A stretch of 40,922 nucleotides of DNA from a virus (lineage: Duplodnaviria; Caudoviricetes): positions 1 through 40,922 of the IMG/VR virus record IMGVR_UViG_3300020044_006443. One strand, given 5' to 3'. Below, piece by piece: positions 16,477 to 25,499 of the stretch. How positions within the stretch are numbered: the first letter of the stretch is position 1; each line of letters starts with the position of its first letter. The notes below the pieces were generated by a model. It had not been told where the DNA came from. It did not search any database and saw only the letters and a list, made by a program, of their open reading frames with translations. A program made the position numbers and the translations under genes.

Positions 16477-18440
16477 GCACGCTCTGGCTCGACCTCGAAA
16501 CCTACAGCCCTGTGCCTATCAAGCACGGGGCGCATCGCTACGCCGAGGAGGCTGAGGTGCTGTTGGTGGCTATCGCAGTAGACGACCAGCCCACCGACGT
16601 GTGGGACACACAGTTCCGGCCCACGTGGAAGCGCGACCTCCAGTCTCTGATTGGCGCAGCCGAGCGCGTCGTCATCCACAACAGCGCCTTCGATCGCACA
16701 GTCCTGCACCACCAAGGCGTGCACGTGCCCGTGGACAAGGTCGAGGACACCATGATCATGGCGTTGGCGCACAGCCTACCTGCGTCGCTGGGCACGCTCT
16801 GCGACGTTCTGGACGTCCCGCAAGATAAATCTAAAGACAAAACCGGCAGACGGTTTATACAGCTATTCACGAAGCCGTGTCCGAAGAACTGGAAGATCCG
16901 GCGCGCCAACATGGGAACCCATCCGGATGAGTGGACCGCCTTCATCGAATACGCCCGCCTCGATGTGGACGCGATGCGAAACCTACACGGACGAGTGCCG
17001 CATTGGAACAATTCACATAGTGAGCGCTACCTTTGGCGACTTGACCAAGGAGTTAATGACCGTGGTGTCGCCGTCGATGTGGACCTCGCTAAGTCAGCAA
17101 TCCGAGCTTTTCGACGAGCTTCTGGATCTCTGGCCGCTCGTGCAGCCAGTCTAACCGGCGGGCAGGTTTCATCCACGACGCAGCGCGAAAAGCTGTTGAC
17201 GTACCTAAAGGACGATCGCGGCTTTGACACCGACGACCTGACCAAGGCCACCGTCGAGACGGCACTGAAGGGCGAACTCGACCCGAAGGTGCGAGAGTTG
17301 CTGGAGATCCGCCAGCAGGCCTCGGCCACCTCCCCTGCCAAGTATCAAGCGTTGCTTGACGCTACGTCACAGGACGGCCGCCTGCGCGGGACGATACAGT
17401 TCTGCGGCGCGGGGCGTACAGGCCGTGACGCGGGCCGGATATTCCAGCCGCAGAACCTGCCCCGATCGCCCGACTGGTTCGACGGTGACGTGCAGGAGGC
17501 CACCATCGCCGCCTTCAAGGCCGACTGCGAAGATCTCATTTACGACAACGTCAGCGAGCGCTGCTCTTTCGCCGTGCGCGGGTGTCTGGTCGCCGCCAAG
17601 GGCAAGAAGCTGGTCATCGCCGACCTGTCCAACATCGAGGGGCGCGTACTGGCTTGGATGGCCGGCGAGGAGTGGAAGATCGAGGCCTTTAAGGCTTACG
17701 ATCGCGGCGAGGGCGCGGACTTGTACAAGGTCACCGCCGGGCGCATCCTCGGAAAGGATCCGTTCGACGTGACGAAGGGCGAGCGCCAGACGCAGGGTAA
17801 GGTGCCTGAGCTGGCCGGAGGTTATGGCGGCGGCCTCGGTGCCTACCGCAAGATGGGCGGCGCGGTGTTCGACGCGATGGACGACGACGCCATCATGGAA
17901 ATCGTGCAGGCGTGGCGCAAGGCGCACCCTGCGACGAAGCGCTTCTGGTACGACGTCGAGGGCGCGGCGCGCGCCGCCGTGCGTACCGAGGGCGAGAGCT
18001 TCGCCGTGCGCGGCGAGATGGTGCGCTTCGACAGCATGCTCGGCCCAGACAAGGTTAGGTACGTGCGCTGCCGCCTGCCCTCTGGGCGGTACCTGTGCTA
18101 CCGCAGCATGCACGTCGACGAGGACGGCAAGCTGCAATATGAGGGTGTGAACCAGTTCACGCGCAAGTGGGAGCTACAGGAGACGTACTACGGCAAGCTG
18201 GTCGAGAACATCGTTCAGGCCGTGGCGCGCGACGTGTTCATGACGGGCATGCGCCGCGCCGAGGAGAACGACTATCCCGTCGTTCTGCGCGTGCACGATG
18301 AGCTTGTGTGCGAGGTGCCGAACCACAAGGGCTACGACGCCGACGTGCTGGCGACAATGATGTCAACGAACCCAAGCTGGTCGATAGGCCTGCCCCTGTC
18401 GGCGGCGGGCTTTGAGGCTCTGAGATATAGGAAGGAATAA
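16473..18440 (+). CDS. Family A DNA polymerase with 3'-5' exonuclease
   Basis: Exo motifs DLET, HNSAFD, YARLDV; QPQNLPR; motif A DLSNIEGR; motif B GKVPELAGGYG; motif C VHDEL. Confidence 0.96.
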   Translation: MSTLWLDLETYSPVPIKHGAHRYAEEAEVLLVAIAVDDQPTDVWDTQFRPTWKRDLQSLIGAAERVVIHNSAFDRTVLHHQGVHVPVDKVEDTMIMALAHSLPASLGTLCDVLDVPQDKSKDKTGRRFIQLFTKPCPKNWKIRRANMGTHPDEWTAFIEYARLDVDAMRNLHGRVPHWNNSHSERYLWRLDQGVNDRGVAVDVDLAKSAIRAFRRASGSLAARAASLTGGQVSSTTQREKLLTYLKDDRGFDTDDLTKATVETALKGELDPKVRELLEIRQQASATSPAKYQALLDATSQDGRLRGTIQFCGAGRTGRDAGRIFQPQNLPRSPDWFDGDVQEATIAAFKADCEDLIYDNVSERCSFAVRGCLVAAKGKKLVIADLSNIEGRVLAWMAGEEWKIEAFKAYDRGEGADLYKVTAGRILGKDPFDVTKGERQTQGKVPELAGGYGGGLGAYRKMGGAVFDAMDDDAIMEIVQAWRKAHPATKRFWYDVEGAARAAVRTEGESFAVRGEMVRFDSMLGPDKVRYVRCRLPSGRYLCYRSMHVDEDGKLQYEGVNQFTRKWELQETYYGKLVENIVQAVARDVFMTGMRRAEENDYPVVLRVHDELVCEVPNHKGYDADVLATMMSTNPSWSIGLPLSAAGFEALRYRKE

Positions 18441-18444
18441 GGTT

Positions 18445-18723
18445 ATGGCAGCCGAATACAACGAATACAACATCACATTTCTGTATGGATTTATGGAGCC
18501 GGACGGTGGCGCATCGTTCGGTTTCAACGCCGACACAGACCGCAAGCTGATCCTGACCAAGGAGCGGTGCTTTGAGGCCGCCAATGCCGACACGGCGACT
18601 GTGCTGGTTAAGGACGGAAAACCAAAACCCAAGCGCGATGCGGATCGTGCGTATCTGCATTACATCATCGACTGTTGGCTTGACGGCGAACCTGTGACGC
18701 TTCAACCCAGTGAGCTGGAGTAA
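18445..18723 (+). CDS. Hypothetical protein
   Basis: AAGGA RBS; fills the gap. Confidence 0.7.
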   Translation: MAAEYNEYNITFLYGFMEPDGGASFGFNADTDRKLILTKERCFEAANADTATVLVKDGKPKPKRDADRAYLHYIIDCWLDGEPVTLQPSELE

Positions 18724-18724
18724 T

Positions 18725-18931
18725 ATGTTCACGCAACTGAACCCGTCGATACCGATGGACACGCCCAAAGGCTCTGGCCTTGCGCTGGCCGTCATCGACT
18801 ACGGGCTGGAGCACAACCTGCTCTGGGTCGTCGCGATCGACGCCACCGGCGAGGTCTGGTGCGTGCCGAATGCCGACGTGCGCATGCAGAAGAACTGGTC
18901 CGCCGGGCGGCCCGGAGAGTGGTCGGAATGA
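18725..18931 (+). CDS. Conserved phage hypothetical protein
   Basis: QLNPSIPMDTPKG.G.A..VIDYG.EH.L.WV...GEVW; GGAG RBS. Confidence 0.8.
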   Translation: MFTQLNPSIPMDTPKGSGLALAVIDYGLEHNLLWVVAIDATGEVWCVPNADVRMQKNWSAGRPGEWSE

Positions 18932-19221
18932 CGCCCGCGGGCAAGTTACAGGATCACCTGAAGCACGTCGTACAGAAGAGTGGGGGTCAGTACCGTAAGG
19001 TGCGCTGGGAGGGCCGCAGGGGCTGCCCAGACTGCTTTGTGTGGTGGACGTGGCCCAAGGCGGCCTTCATTGAGATCAAGGCCGACGGCGACCGCGTCAG
19101 CGGGCACCAGCAGCGGGAGATTGAGCGCATGAGAAACGACGGTTTTCCGGTCTTTATCGCCCGGTCGATAGAAGAAATCGACGAAATTGTAGAAAAAGTG
19201 CGAAAGGGTATTGCAACCTGA
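18928..19221 (+). CDS. VRR-NUC domain nuclease
   Basis: GRRGCPD, FIEIK, SGHQQREIERM; upstream of the SNF2 helicase. Confidence 0.88.
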   Translation: MTPAGKLQDHLKHVVQKSGGQYRKVRWEGRRGCPDCFVWWTWPKAAFIEIKADGDRVSGHQQREIERMRNDGFPVFIARSIEEIDEIVEKVRKGIAT

Positions 19222-19271
19222 TGTTGCATGTGCCATTGGGGTGCATCAGCAACGAAGGAGTACACGACATG
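19211..19271 (+). promoter_or_regulatory. Promoter with TGCAA-N7-TTGCA palindrome plus conserved leader
   Basis: TTGCAAcctgatgTTGCATGTGCCATTGGGGTGCATCAGCAACGAAGGAGTACACGACATG; nearly identical to 12663-12723. Confidence 0.8.
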
Positions 19272-19433
19272 ACAAAGACACCCGGACAGATCGCATACGA
19301 GCAGGACGTAATACGCCAGCCGTGCTACTTACCCCGCGTTGACGGAACTCGGCTTCCGCGCGTTCCGTGGGTCGAACTGGGCGCTATAGAGCGCTGGTCG
19401 TGGGAGAAGAACCCGACACCAAGGAAATGGTGA
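19269..19433 (+). CDS. 54-aa hypothetical protein
   Basis: MTKTPGQIAYE...PWVELGAIERWSWE; starts at the leader ATG. Confidence 0.75.
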   Translation: MTKTPGQIAYEQDVIRQPCYLPRVDGTRLPRVPWVELGAIERWSWEKNPTPRKW

Positions 19434-19434
19434 A

Positions 19435-20793
19435 ATGACCTTCAAGCCACACGACTATCAGAAAGAGGCAATGGCGCACCTGTACAAGGTGCGCCGTTCC
19501 GCGTTGTGGATGCCGATGGGCGGCGGGAAGACCGTGTCCACGCTGACCGCGTTGGATAACCTGTCGCTGGTCGAGGATGTGTTCCCCGCGCTGGTGCTGG
19601 CACCGCTGCGCGTCGCGAAGTCGACGTGGCCCGATGAGGTGGCGAAGTGGCCCCATCTGGCGCACTTGCGCGTCAGCGTCGTCACCGGCACGCCGAAGCA
19701 GCGGCAGGCTGCGCTCGACACGCCGGCGGACATCTACTGCACGAACTACGACAACCTCGTCTGGCTGCGCACTGCCCTTGGCGACGCGTGGCCGTTCAAG
19801 ACCGTGGTGGCCGATGAGTTCACGCGCCTGAAGTCCTACCGCATCCGTCAGGGCGGATCTCGCGCCAGAGCGTTGGGTCAGGTGGCCCACGCAGAGGGGA
19901 GCCGCTTCATAGGGCTTACAGGGACGCCTGCGCCAAACGGTGTGAAGGATCTTTGGGGCCAGATATGGTTCCTCGACAAGGGCGAGCGGCTGGGCAAGAC
20001 GTTCAGCGCCTTTGAGCAGCGGTGGTTCCGCAAGGGGTACGACGGCTACAGCCTCGTGCCGTACGAGCACACGCAGCGCGAGGTCGAGGAGAAGCTGCGC
20101 GACATCTGCCTGACGGTGCAAGGCCTTCAGGTTGACGAACCGATCACGACGCCGATCTACGTCGACCTGCCACGCGCCGCCCGCGCCGCGTACAACGAGA
20201 TGGAGGCGGAGATGTTCGCCGTAATTAACGAGGAGGGTGTCGAGGCACCCAATGCCGCCGTTCGCACGCAGAAGTGTCTGCAGATCGCCAACGGGGCCAT
20301 ATACACGAATGACGTAGGAGAGTGGGAGGATGTACATGCCGCGAAGTTGGACGCACTGGAGAGCATTATTGAAGAGGCCAACGGTGCGCCTGTTATCGTT
20401 GCCTATAACTTCAAGCACGATCTCGAACGTCTACAGGCTCGTTTCCGTCAGGGTCGGGTGCTGGACGCTAACCCTGATACGATCAGGGACTGGAACGCCG
20501 GACGGGTGCCGCTACTATTCGCTCACCCTGCGTCGGCGGGGCACGGGCTCAACCTCGCGGACGGCGGGAACATCCTCGCCTTCTTCGGGGTCAACTGGAA
20601 CTTAGAAGAGCACATGCAGATCATCGAGCGCATCGGCCCCATGCGGCAGAAGCAGGCGGGCTACGATCGCCCGGTGCATATCTACCCCATTCTCGCCCGC
20701 GACACGGTGGACGACATGGTCATGGAGCGCCTGTCCTCGAAGAAGAGCGTGCAGGAAATTCTATTGGAAGCGTTGAAAAGAAGGAAAACCTAA
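19435..20793 (+). CDS. SNF2-like SF2 helicase
   Basis: PHDYQ, MGGGKT, VVADE, LTGTP, SAGHGLNL, QIIERI..RQ. Confidence 0.93.
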   Translation: MTFKPHDYQKEAMAHLYKVRRSALWMPMGGGKTVSTLTALDNLSLVEDVFPALVLAPLRVAKSTWPDEVAKWPHLAHLRVSVVTGTPKQRQAALDTPADIYCTNYDNLVWLRTALGDAWPFKTVVADEFTRLKSYRIRQGGSRARALGQVAHAEGSRFIGLTGTPAPNGVKDLWGQIWFLDKGERLGKTFSAFEQRWFRKGYDGYSLVPYEHTQREVEEKLRDICLTVQGLQVDEPITTPIYVDLPRAARAAYNEMEAEMFAVINEEGVEAPNAAVRTQKCLQIANGAIYTNDVGEWEDVHAAKLDALESIIEEANGAPVIVAYNFKHDLERLQARFRQGRVLDANPDTIRDWNAGRVPLLFAHPASAGHGLNLADGGNILAFFGVNWNLEEHMQIIERIGPMRQKQAGYDRPVHIYPILARDTVDDMVMERLSSKKSVQEILLEALKRRKT

Positions 20794-20960
20794 TGGCTTT
20801 ATATTATTCCGAGGACGGGTTCCCGTTCCTCGCACCACCATACAGTGAAGAGGAAAAATGGGAGTTTGAGCAGCGGCTTCGACGGGGTGGTGACATCACC
20901 ATTATCCGCCAGCGGCAACCAGACCACCCTGAGCCATCGCCGGACGACCCCGAGCAATAA
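20793..20960 (+). CDS. 55-aa acidic protein overlapping the convergent virion gene
   Basis: Hand-translated MALYYSEDGFPFLAPPYSEEEKWEFEQRLRRGGDITIIRQRQPDHPEPSPDDPEQ; AAGGA RBS; TAATG coupling. Confidence 0.6.
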   Translation: MALYYSEDGFPFLAPPYSEEEKWEFEQRLRRGGDITIIRQRQPDHPEPSPDDPEQ

Positions 20961-22512
20961 GGTCGAACAACGCCTGTAGGCGTTCCTGTTCGGCAATGGC
21001 TTCGCGGGCGCGCTGCACGTCTTCGCGCACCGGCACCCCAGCCCTGCGGGCCTCTTCGTCGCGCAGGAAGCGTCGCCCGAATTGCTCCGCAACGCGCGGG
21101 TCTTCAAGCATGGCCTCGCGGTACTTCGGTGTCATCTGATCGAGATAGCCGCGCAGAGCCTCGCTGACAGCGCCGCTGCCTTCCGGCTGCATCCACGCAT
21201 CCTCAAGGCCGATGTAGTCGCCAGTCGTACCGATTTGCTCTGGCCGCGTGGAAGAGCCAAGTATCCGACGTATATCGGCGCCGAGGTTGCCTTGACCAAG
21301 CGACATGGGTTGCCGCAGCGCGCGCATCGTCTCGGAGCCGAGCGGCAAGCCCCCAAAGTTGGTGAGCATGACGCCTTCGCCGAGATCTCCGACGTCGGGC
21401 AGGCCATACTTCGCGCCGCGCTCGCGCAGCTCAAGCAGTCTCTGGATGTCGGTCGGCGAGCCGGTGGGTATGAACAGCGCGCCAGCCTGCTCAAGATCTT
21501 TCGGCAGGATTGGCATCGACCATGCACCGGCACCCTGCGTGTCGGCCACAGCGCGGACGGCTTCTGCGCCACTCATCGCGTTGTATTGATCTGGCAGCGG
21601 ATTGCCGTCAGGCCCAATCTCTAGGCGCGGCCTTGCAGCGAAGCCGATGTTGCTCTCCAGCGCAGCGCCGGGCACGTCTGGCTCGTATATCCCAGTCATG
21701 CGGACAGTTGGCGACTGCGGTATTCCCAACACGTCGTATAGGGTGTCAGTGCCTTCCGAGGTCTGCCATGACGTGGCCGGATCAAGGCTGAACTGTTCGC
21801 GCAGCGCCTCGTCCCCCAGCACATCTTGACGGTGCCGGGTCATGACGCCGGGTGCCAGTTCGTAGGTACCGTATGCTGTGCTGCCCCGCTCTGGCGGCAC
21901 CGTCTTAACAGACAAACTTGACTTTGCGGCTGCCTTCTTTTTCGTCGCGATCTTCGTCGCACCTTTAATGGCTGACTTCTCTGCGGCCTTAATCGCTTTA
22001 CGTGTGGCGACGCCTGCGGGCCGTCCGAGGATAGGCACGGCGGACAGTATGGCGGTTCCGGCCATCGCTTCCATCTTCTCAGCCTCGGCATCGCGGCCCT
22101 GCGCACGCAGCTTGCGTGCGGTCTCGCGGACGTCACCGAAGTCACGGATGGCGGCGAGGGGTGAGAAGATTGCGTCTTCGATAAAGGCGTTCGGGTCTTC
22201 CACCGCTGCGTCAAGCGTGGCCGTAGCAATGCCCTTGACGTCACGGCCAACGCTTGAGGGCGTTGACGACTTGATGTAGTTCACGACGCGGCTCGGTATC
22301 GACGCGATCCCGCTGCCGAGTTTATCTATGTTCGCCGTTGCCGCTTCATTAGCTCGAAGCCGCTCGGCCCGCTTCGCCTCAAAACGACGCTTCTGGGTCG
22401 CCTTCGCGCTTTGCTTGCGTACGGCAAGGGGCTTCGCCGAGGGGGTGGGCGTGACTTCCCACTGACCCGTTTCGTCGTTGTAGAACGAAATCTCGAACCC
22501 GTTACCAGCCAT
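20902..22512 (-). CDS. Putative internal virion/ejected protein with unknown C-terminal domain
   Basis: Last gene of the virion operon; GAGGGG RBS; hydrophobic AILSAVPILG segment, K/A linker, C-terminal MAQGG. Confidence 0.7.
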   Translation of the reverse strand: MAGNGFEISFYNDETGQWEVTPTPSAKPLAVRKQSAKATQKRRFEAKRAERLRANEAATANIDKLGSGIASIPSRVVNYIKSSTPSSVGRDVKGIATATLDAAVEDPNAFIEDAIFSPLAAIRDFGDVRETARKLRAQGRDAEAEKMEAMAGTAILSAVPILGRPAGVATRKAIKAAEKSAIKGATKIATKKKAAAKSSLSVKTVPPERGSTAYGTYELAPGVMTRHRQDVLGDEALREQFSLDPATSWQTSEGTDTLYDVLGIPQSPTVRMTGIYEPDVPGAALESNIGFAARPRLEIGPDGNPLPDQYNAMSGAEAVRAVADTQGAGAWSMPILPKDLEQAGALFIPTGSPTDIQRLLELRERGAKYGLPDVGDLGEGVMLTNFGGLPLGSETMRALRQPMSLGQGNLGADIRRILGSSTRPEQIGTTGDYIGLEDAWMQPEGSGAVSEALRGYLDQMTPKYREAMLEDPRVAEQFGRRFLRDEEARRAGVPVREDVQRAREAIAEQERLQALFDLIARGRPAMAQGGLVAAGG

Positions 22513-22526
22513 TAACGTAACCCCTC

Positions 22527-25499
22527 TTAGCGGCGCATGCCGTAATGGCGTGCCAGATCGGCAATGGATGCCACGCCGCCGTTGCGGAACGCCTGAACGC
22601 GGCCACCACGGTACCTGCCGCCCTCTGGCTTCAGAAGGTCCGCAAGTTCCTTGACGCGGCGGCCCGTTGCCAGTTCGACGAACGTGTCCGTCTCAGGGTC
22701 GTATTCAACGGCCTTGTCTCCGAACATTGTGACGCCTTTGATTGGAACTTCTGCGGCCACTTCGGCAACCGGTGCAACAGCCACCCTTTCACCCTCGGAC
22801 GCGAGTACTGGCTCTTCCCGCGCTTCGGGCACCAGAGTTGGTATAAGGCCCGGAGCCAATACCCGCTCCGGCAAATACTTCTCGGCGAGGTCTGCAATAT
22901 CGCCACCGATAGCGGGGCGGTCAAACATAAACTTCGACAAGCCGCGCTGTCCACCGCGAGAACCTAACAGGCTAAGGATGGCGAGCGGGGTCAGCGTTGT
23001 TGCTGCACCGTAGGCCGCGTCCTCGCCAGAGAGGCCCGTTTCTTGGCTGTATCCGAGGCCGCCGCCAGCAACGCCGCCAGCACCCGCGAGGCCCAAACCA
23101 GTCAACGCTGCGCGACGGGCGGTGCCGCTGTCTGGCATTTTCGACGGGATGACGTTCTGCGCCAACCGCGAAAGTTCCTTCAGCGGAGGCGTGCCGGGGT
23201 ATTTACGGCCACTAGCAGACACGGCTTGCGTGAGGTTGCCCGGCGTGAACACGTCGGCACCCATACCCGTTGGGTCCATCTTCGCACGCTCTATGGCGTC
23301 TTCCAGTATTTTCTCGCCGCGATACATTGTGTCGGCTTCGCGGAGGAGGGGCACGAGGGTTGGGTCTTGCCGCTCCACCGCCTCGCGCAAGACGTTGCCA
23401 ACGCCACCGAGGGCGTTCCTGTAGTCCTGCTCGAAGCCGGGCTTCGTCGTCTCGCTCTTGTACCCGCTAATTTTACGTTGCGCCTGTTGATAATCAGGGC
23501 CGGACATGGTGCCGCTACGTCCGATTGGCGTATCTATGATGCTATTTTTGACTGCGAGATCGAATTTGTCCGCGAACTCGCCTGTCAACTGGCTGCGTGT
23601 GGCGAGGGCATCAACCATGTCCTGCGTGAACAGCGGGTCATTCAAGTCGAATTGCTTGCCCGCAACTGCGTCGTCGTACGCCTTTATCCGCGCCGCTTTC
23701 ACCGCAGCTATACCCTCGTCGCCGTAGCCCATAGGCTGGCCGCCAACTTCGCGGAATGCTGCTTTGTTTAGGTCGGCGATGCTTTCGCCGCGTCGCGCGT
23801 TAATTACATCACCAATTATGGGTATCGAGGTGGCTGCGTCTTCGATTGACTTCGGTGCGCCGCCCAGTTGCTGGCCGATGGTGAGGTCTTCTACGCCGTA
23901 CCGGTCAATCAGTTTCTGGACTGTGGGCGCGCGATCCGCGCCGCGCAAAATGAAGTCGCCCGCGTTGCCGAGGGTCTTTCCGAGTACGTTACCGGCAACG
24001 CCTGATATAGCTCCGCCAGTGGGATCGCCCTCAACGGCAGCGCCGTAGGCCGCGCCCTGCGTAGCGTCGCTGAGTAGGTTACGCGCAAAGGTCGCGCCCT
24101 TACCCCCAGACATGATATACTTTTGCAGTTCGGGCGCTTGAGTTAAAAGTTTGGACATGCCCGCGCCGCCAAGTTTCGCGAGGGCCGCACTACCGCCGAT
24201 AGAGCCACCAATGTCGCCCACCATGGCGGCGTTAGGGTTGAGTTCGCGGAGTTGCGCCATTTGTGGGAGTACGGCGTCGAGGGCGTTCAGGCCCAGACCA
24301 GAGACGCCCGTCGCAACGGCGGTGCCCACTGGGTTCATCACAGCCGTGCCCGCCGCCCGCTCAAACATGTTGCGTGTGTCATCAACGGTCACCGGAGGTA
24401 TGGTGACGTTCACGGGCTGCTTAGGGTCGTTGTATTGCTTCAGATACTCGATGGTGCGAGGATCGTCCTCGTAAGGCAAGTCTGGGCGGAAGCCGTACTT
24501 TGCGTCAAGAGCGCGACGGACGTTGGCGTATTCCTTCAGGCCCACAGTGCCGCGAGGGTGTTCCGCAAGCCAAGCGTTCATCTCCGCCTGCATCTCTGGC
24601 GGGATGGGCATGCTCTTCTTCTCTGCGTCGGACGCAGCCGCCTCCATCCCGATGGGTTGGGCAAACGCAGCGTTGTCAGGAAGCGCGGTAGTGGTGTCTG
24701 CCTGTGTCGGGGCTTCAGTTCGCAGGCTATCCAACTCGGGCGGTATGTCCTTGAACGTACCAACCTCGCGGACGCCCAGCTTGCTGCGCTCGCTCTCTGG
24801 GAGGGCGAGGTACTGCTGCGCCGCTACCTCCACAGGTTCGGTCCACTTGATGGGTGCGAGGCCCATCGACCGCGCCTTCGCGTCTATGCGGCGGCGTAAG
24901 TTGTAAACCTTGCCGAGGAAGGTGAGATCGAAGTCTGAGGTCGACGGCTGGTTGGCCGAGACAAAGCGTGTGGCATCGGCGTCCGACTGTGAGCCCATGC
25001 CGGGGATTTTGAAGAGGGCCAAACCTACGTCCGCAAGGCCCGCAGCGGTTGAGTTTATCGCGCCCTTCTCTTGCGTCGGGAAGTACTCCAACGTGGATTG
25101 GATTAGACCCTGTCCCGCGAGGTTTTTGTTAAACTGTTTGGTCAACAGGTTGATCGCGTCCACGGCGGTGTTCATGTCGCCGAGTATGCGCGTATCCGCC
25201 GTCTGTTCCGTTGCAGTTTTGGCTGGGCCTTTAAGGGCGTTAATGGCCGCCTGCGCGTCTGCCTTGGCCTTTTCTGCGTCGGCCACAGCCTTGTCGGCCC
25301 TAGCTCGCGCCTCACGCACCGCGTCTACCGAGGTCGCGTTGATGATGTCGGCTTCAGCTTGCTTCTTCCGCGTGTCCGCATCCGATATCCGCTTTGCGAA
25401 ATCAGCCTCGACGCCTCTGATCTTTGCGCTAGACGCAGCTTCAGACTGTTTCGGCGATGCTTGCGTGTCTAAATAGTCCGCAGGGTTAAGCGTTTGCAT
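22527..25499 (-). CDS. Large DNA-ejection (internal virion) protein
   Basis: 990 aa, Ala/Gly-rich helical; glycine-zipper segments; LTIGQQLGG and PDSGTARR motifs seen in podovirus injection proteins. Confidence 0.75.
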   Translation of the reverse strand: MQTLNPADYLDTQASPKQSEAASSAKIRGVEADFAKRISDADTRKKQAEADIINATSVDAVREARARADKAVADAEKAKADAQAAINALKGPAKTATEQTADTRILGDMNTAVDAINLLTKQFNKNLAGQGLIQSTLEYFPTQEKGAINSTAAGLADVGLALFKIPGMGSQSDADATRFVSANQPSTSDFDLTFLGKVYNLRRRIDAKARSMGLAPIKWTEPVEVAAQQYLALPESERSKLGVREVGTFKDIPPELDSLRTEAPTQADTTTALPDNAAFAQPIGMEAAASDAEKKSMPIPPEMQAEMNAWLAEHPRGTVGLKEYANVRRALDAKYGFRPDLPYEDDPRTIEYLKQYNDPKQPVNVTIPPVTVDDTRNMFERAAGTAVMNPVGTAVATGVSGLGLNALDAVLPQMAQLRELNPNAAMVGDIGGSIGGSAALAKLGGAGMSKLLTQAPELQKYIMSGGKGATFARNLLSDATQGAAYGAAVEGDPTGGAISGVAGNVLGKTLGNAGDFILRGADRAPTVQKLIDRYGVEDLTIGQQLGGAPKSIEDAATSIPIIGDVINARRGESIADLNKAAFREVGGQPMGYGDEGIAAVKAARIKAYDDAVAGKQFDLNDPLFTQDMVDALATRSQLTGEFADKFDLAVKNSIIDTPIGRSGTMSGPDYQQAQRKISGYKSETTKPGFEQDYRNALGGVGNVLREAVERQDPTLVPLLREADTMYRGEKILEDAIERAKMDPTGMGADVFTPGNLTQAVSASGRKYPGTPPLKELSRLAQNVIPSKMPDSGTARRAALTGLGLAGAGGVAGGGLGYSQETGLSGEDAAYGAATTLTPLAILSLLGSRGGQRGLSKFMFDRPAIGGDIADLAEKYLPERVLAPGLIPTLVPEAREEPVLASEGERVAVAPVAEVAAEVPIKGVTMFGDKAVEYDPETDTFVELATGRRVKELADLLKPEGGRYRGGRVQAFRNGGVASIADLARHYGMRR

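Noticed and set aside
4314-19271. Leader repeats as a CRISPR array
   Set aside because: Copies are dispersed, contain an SD and ATG, and have no regular spacers.
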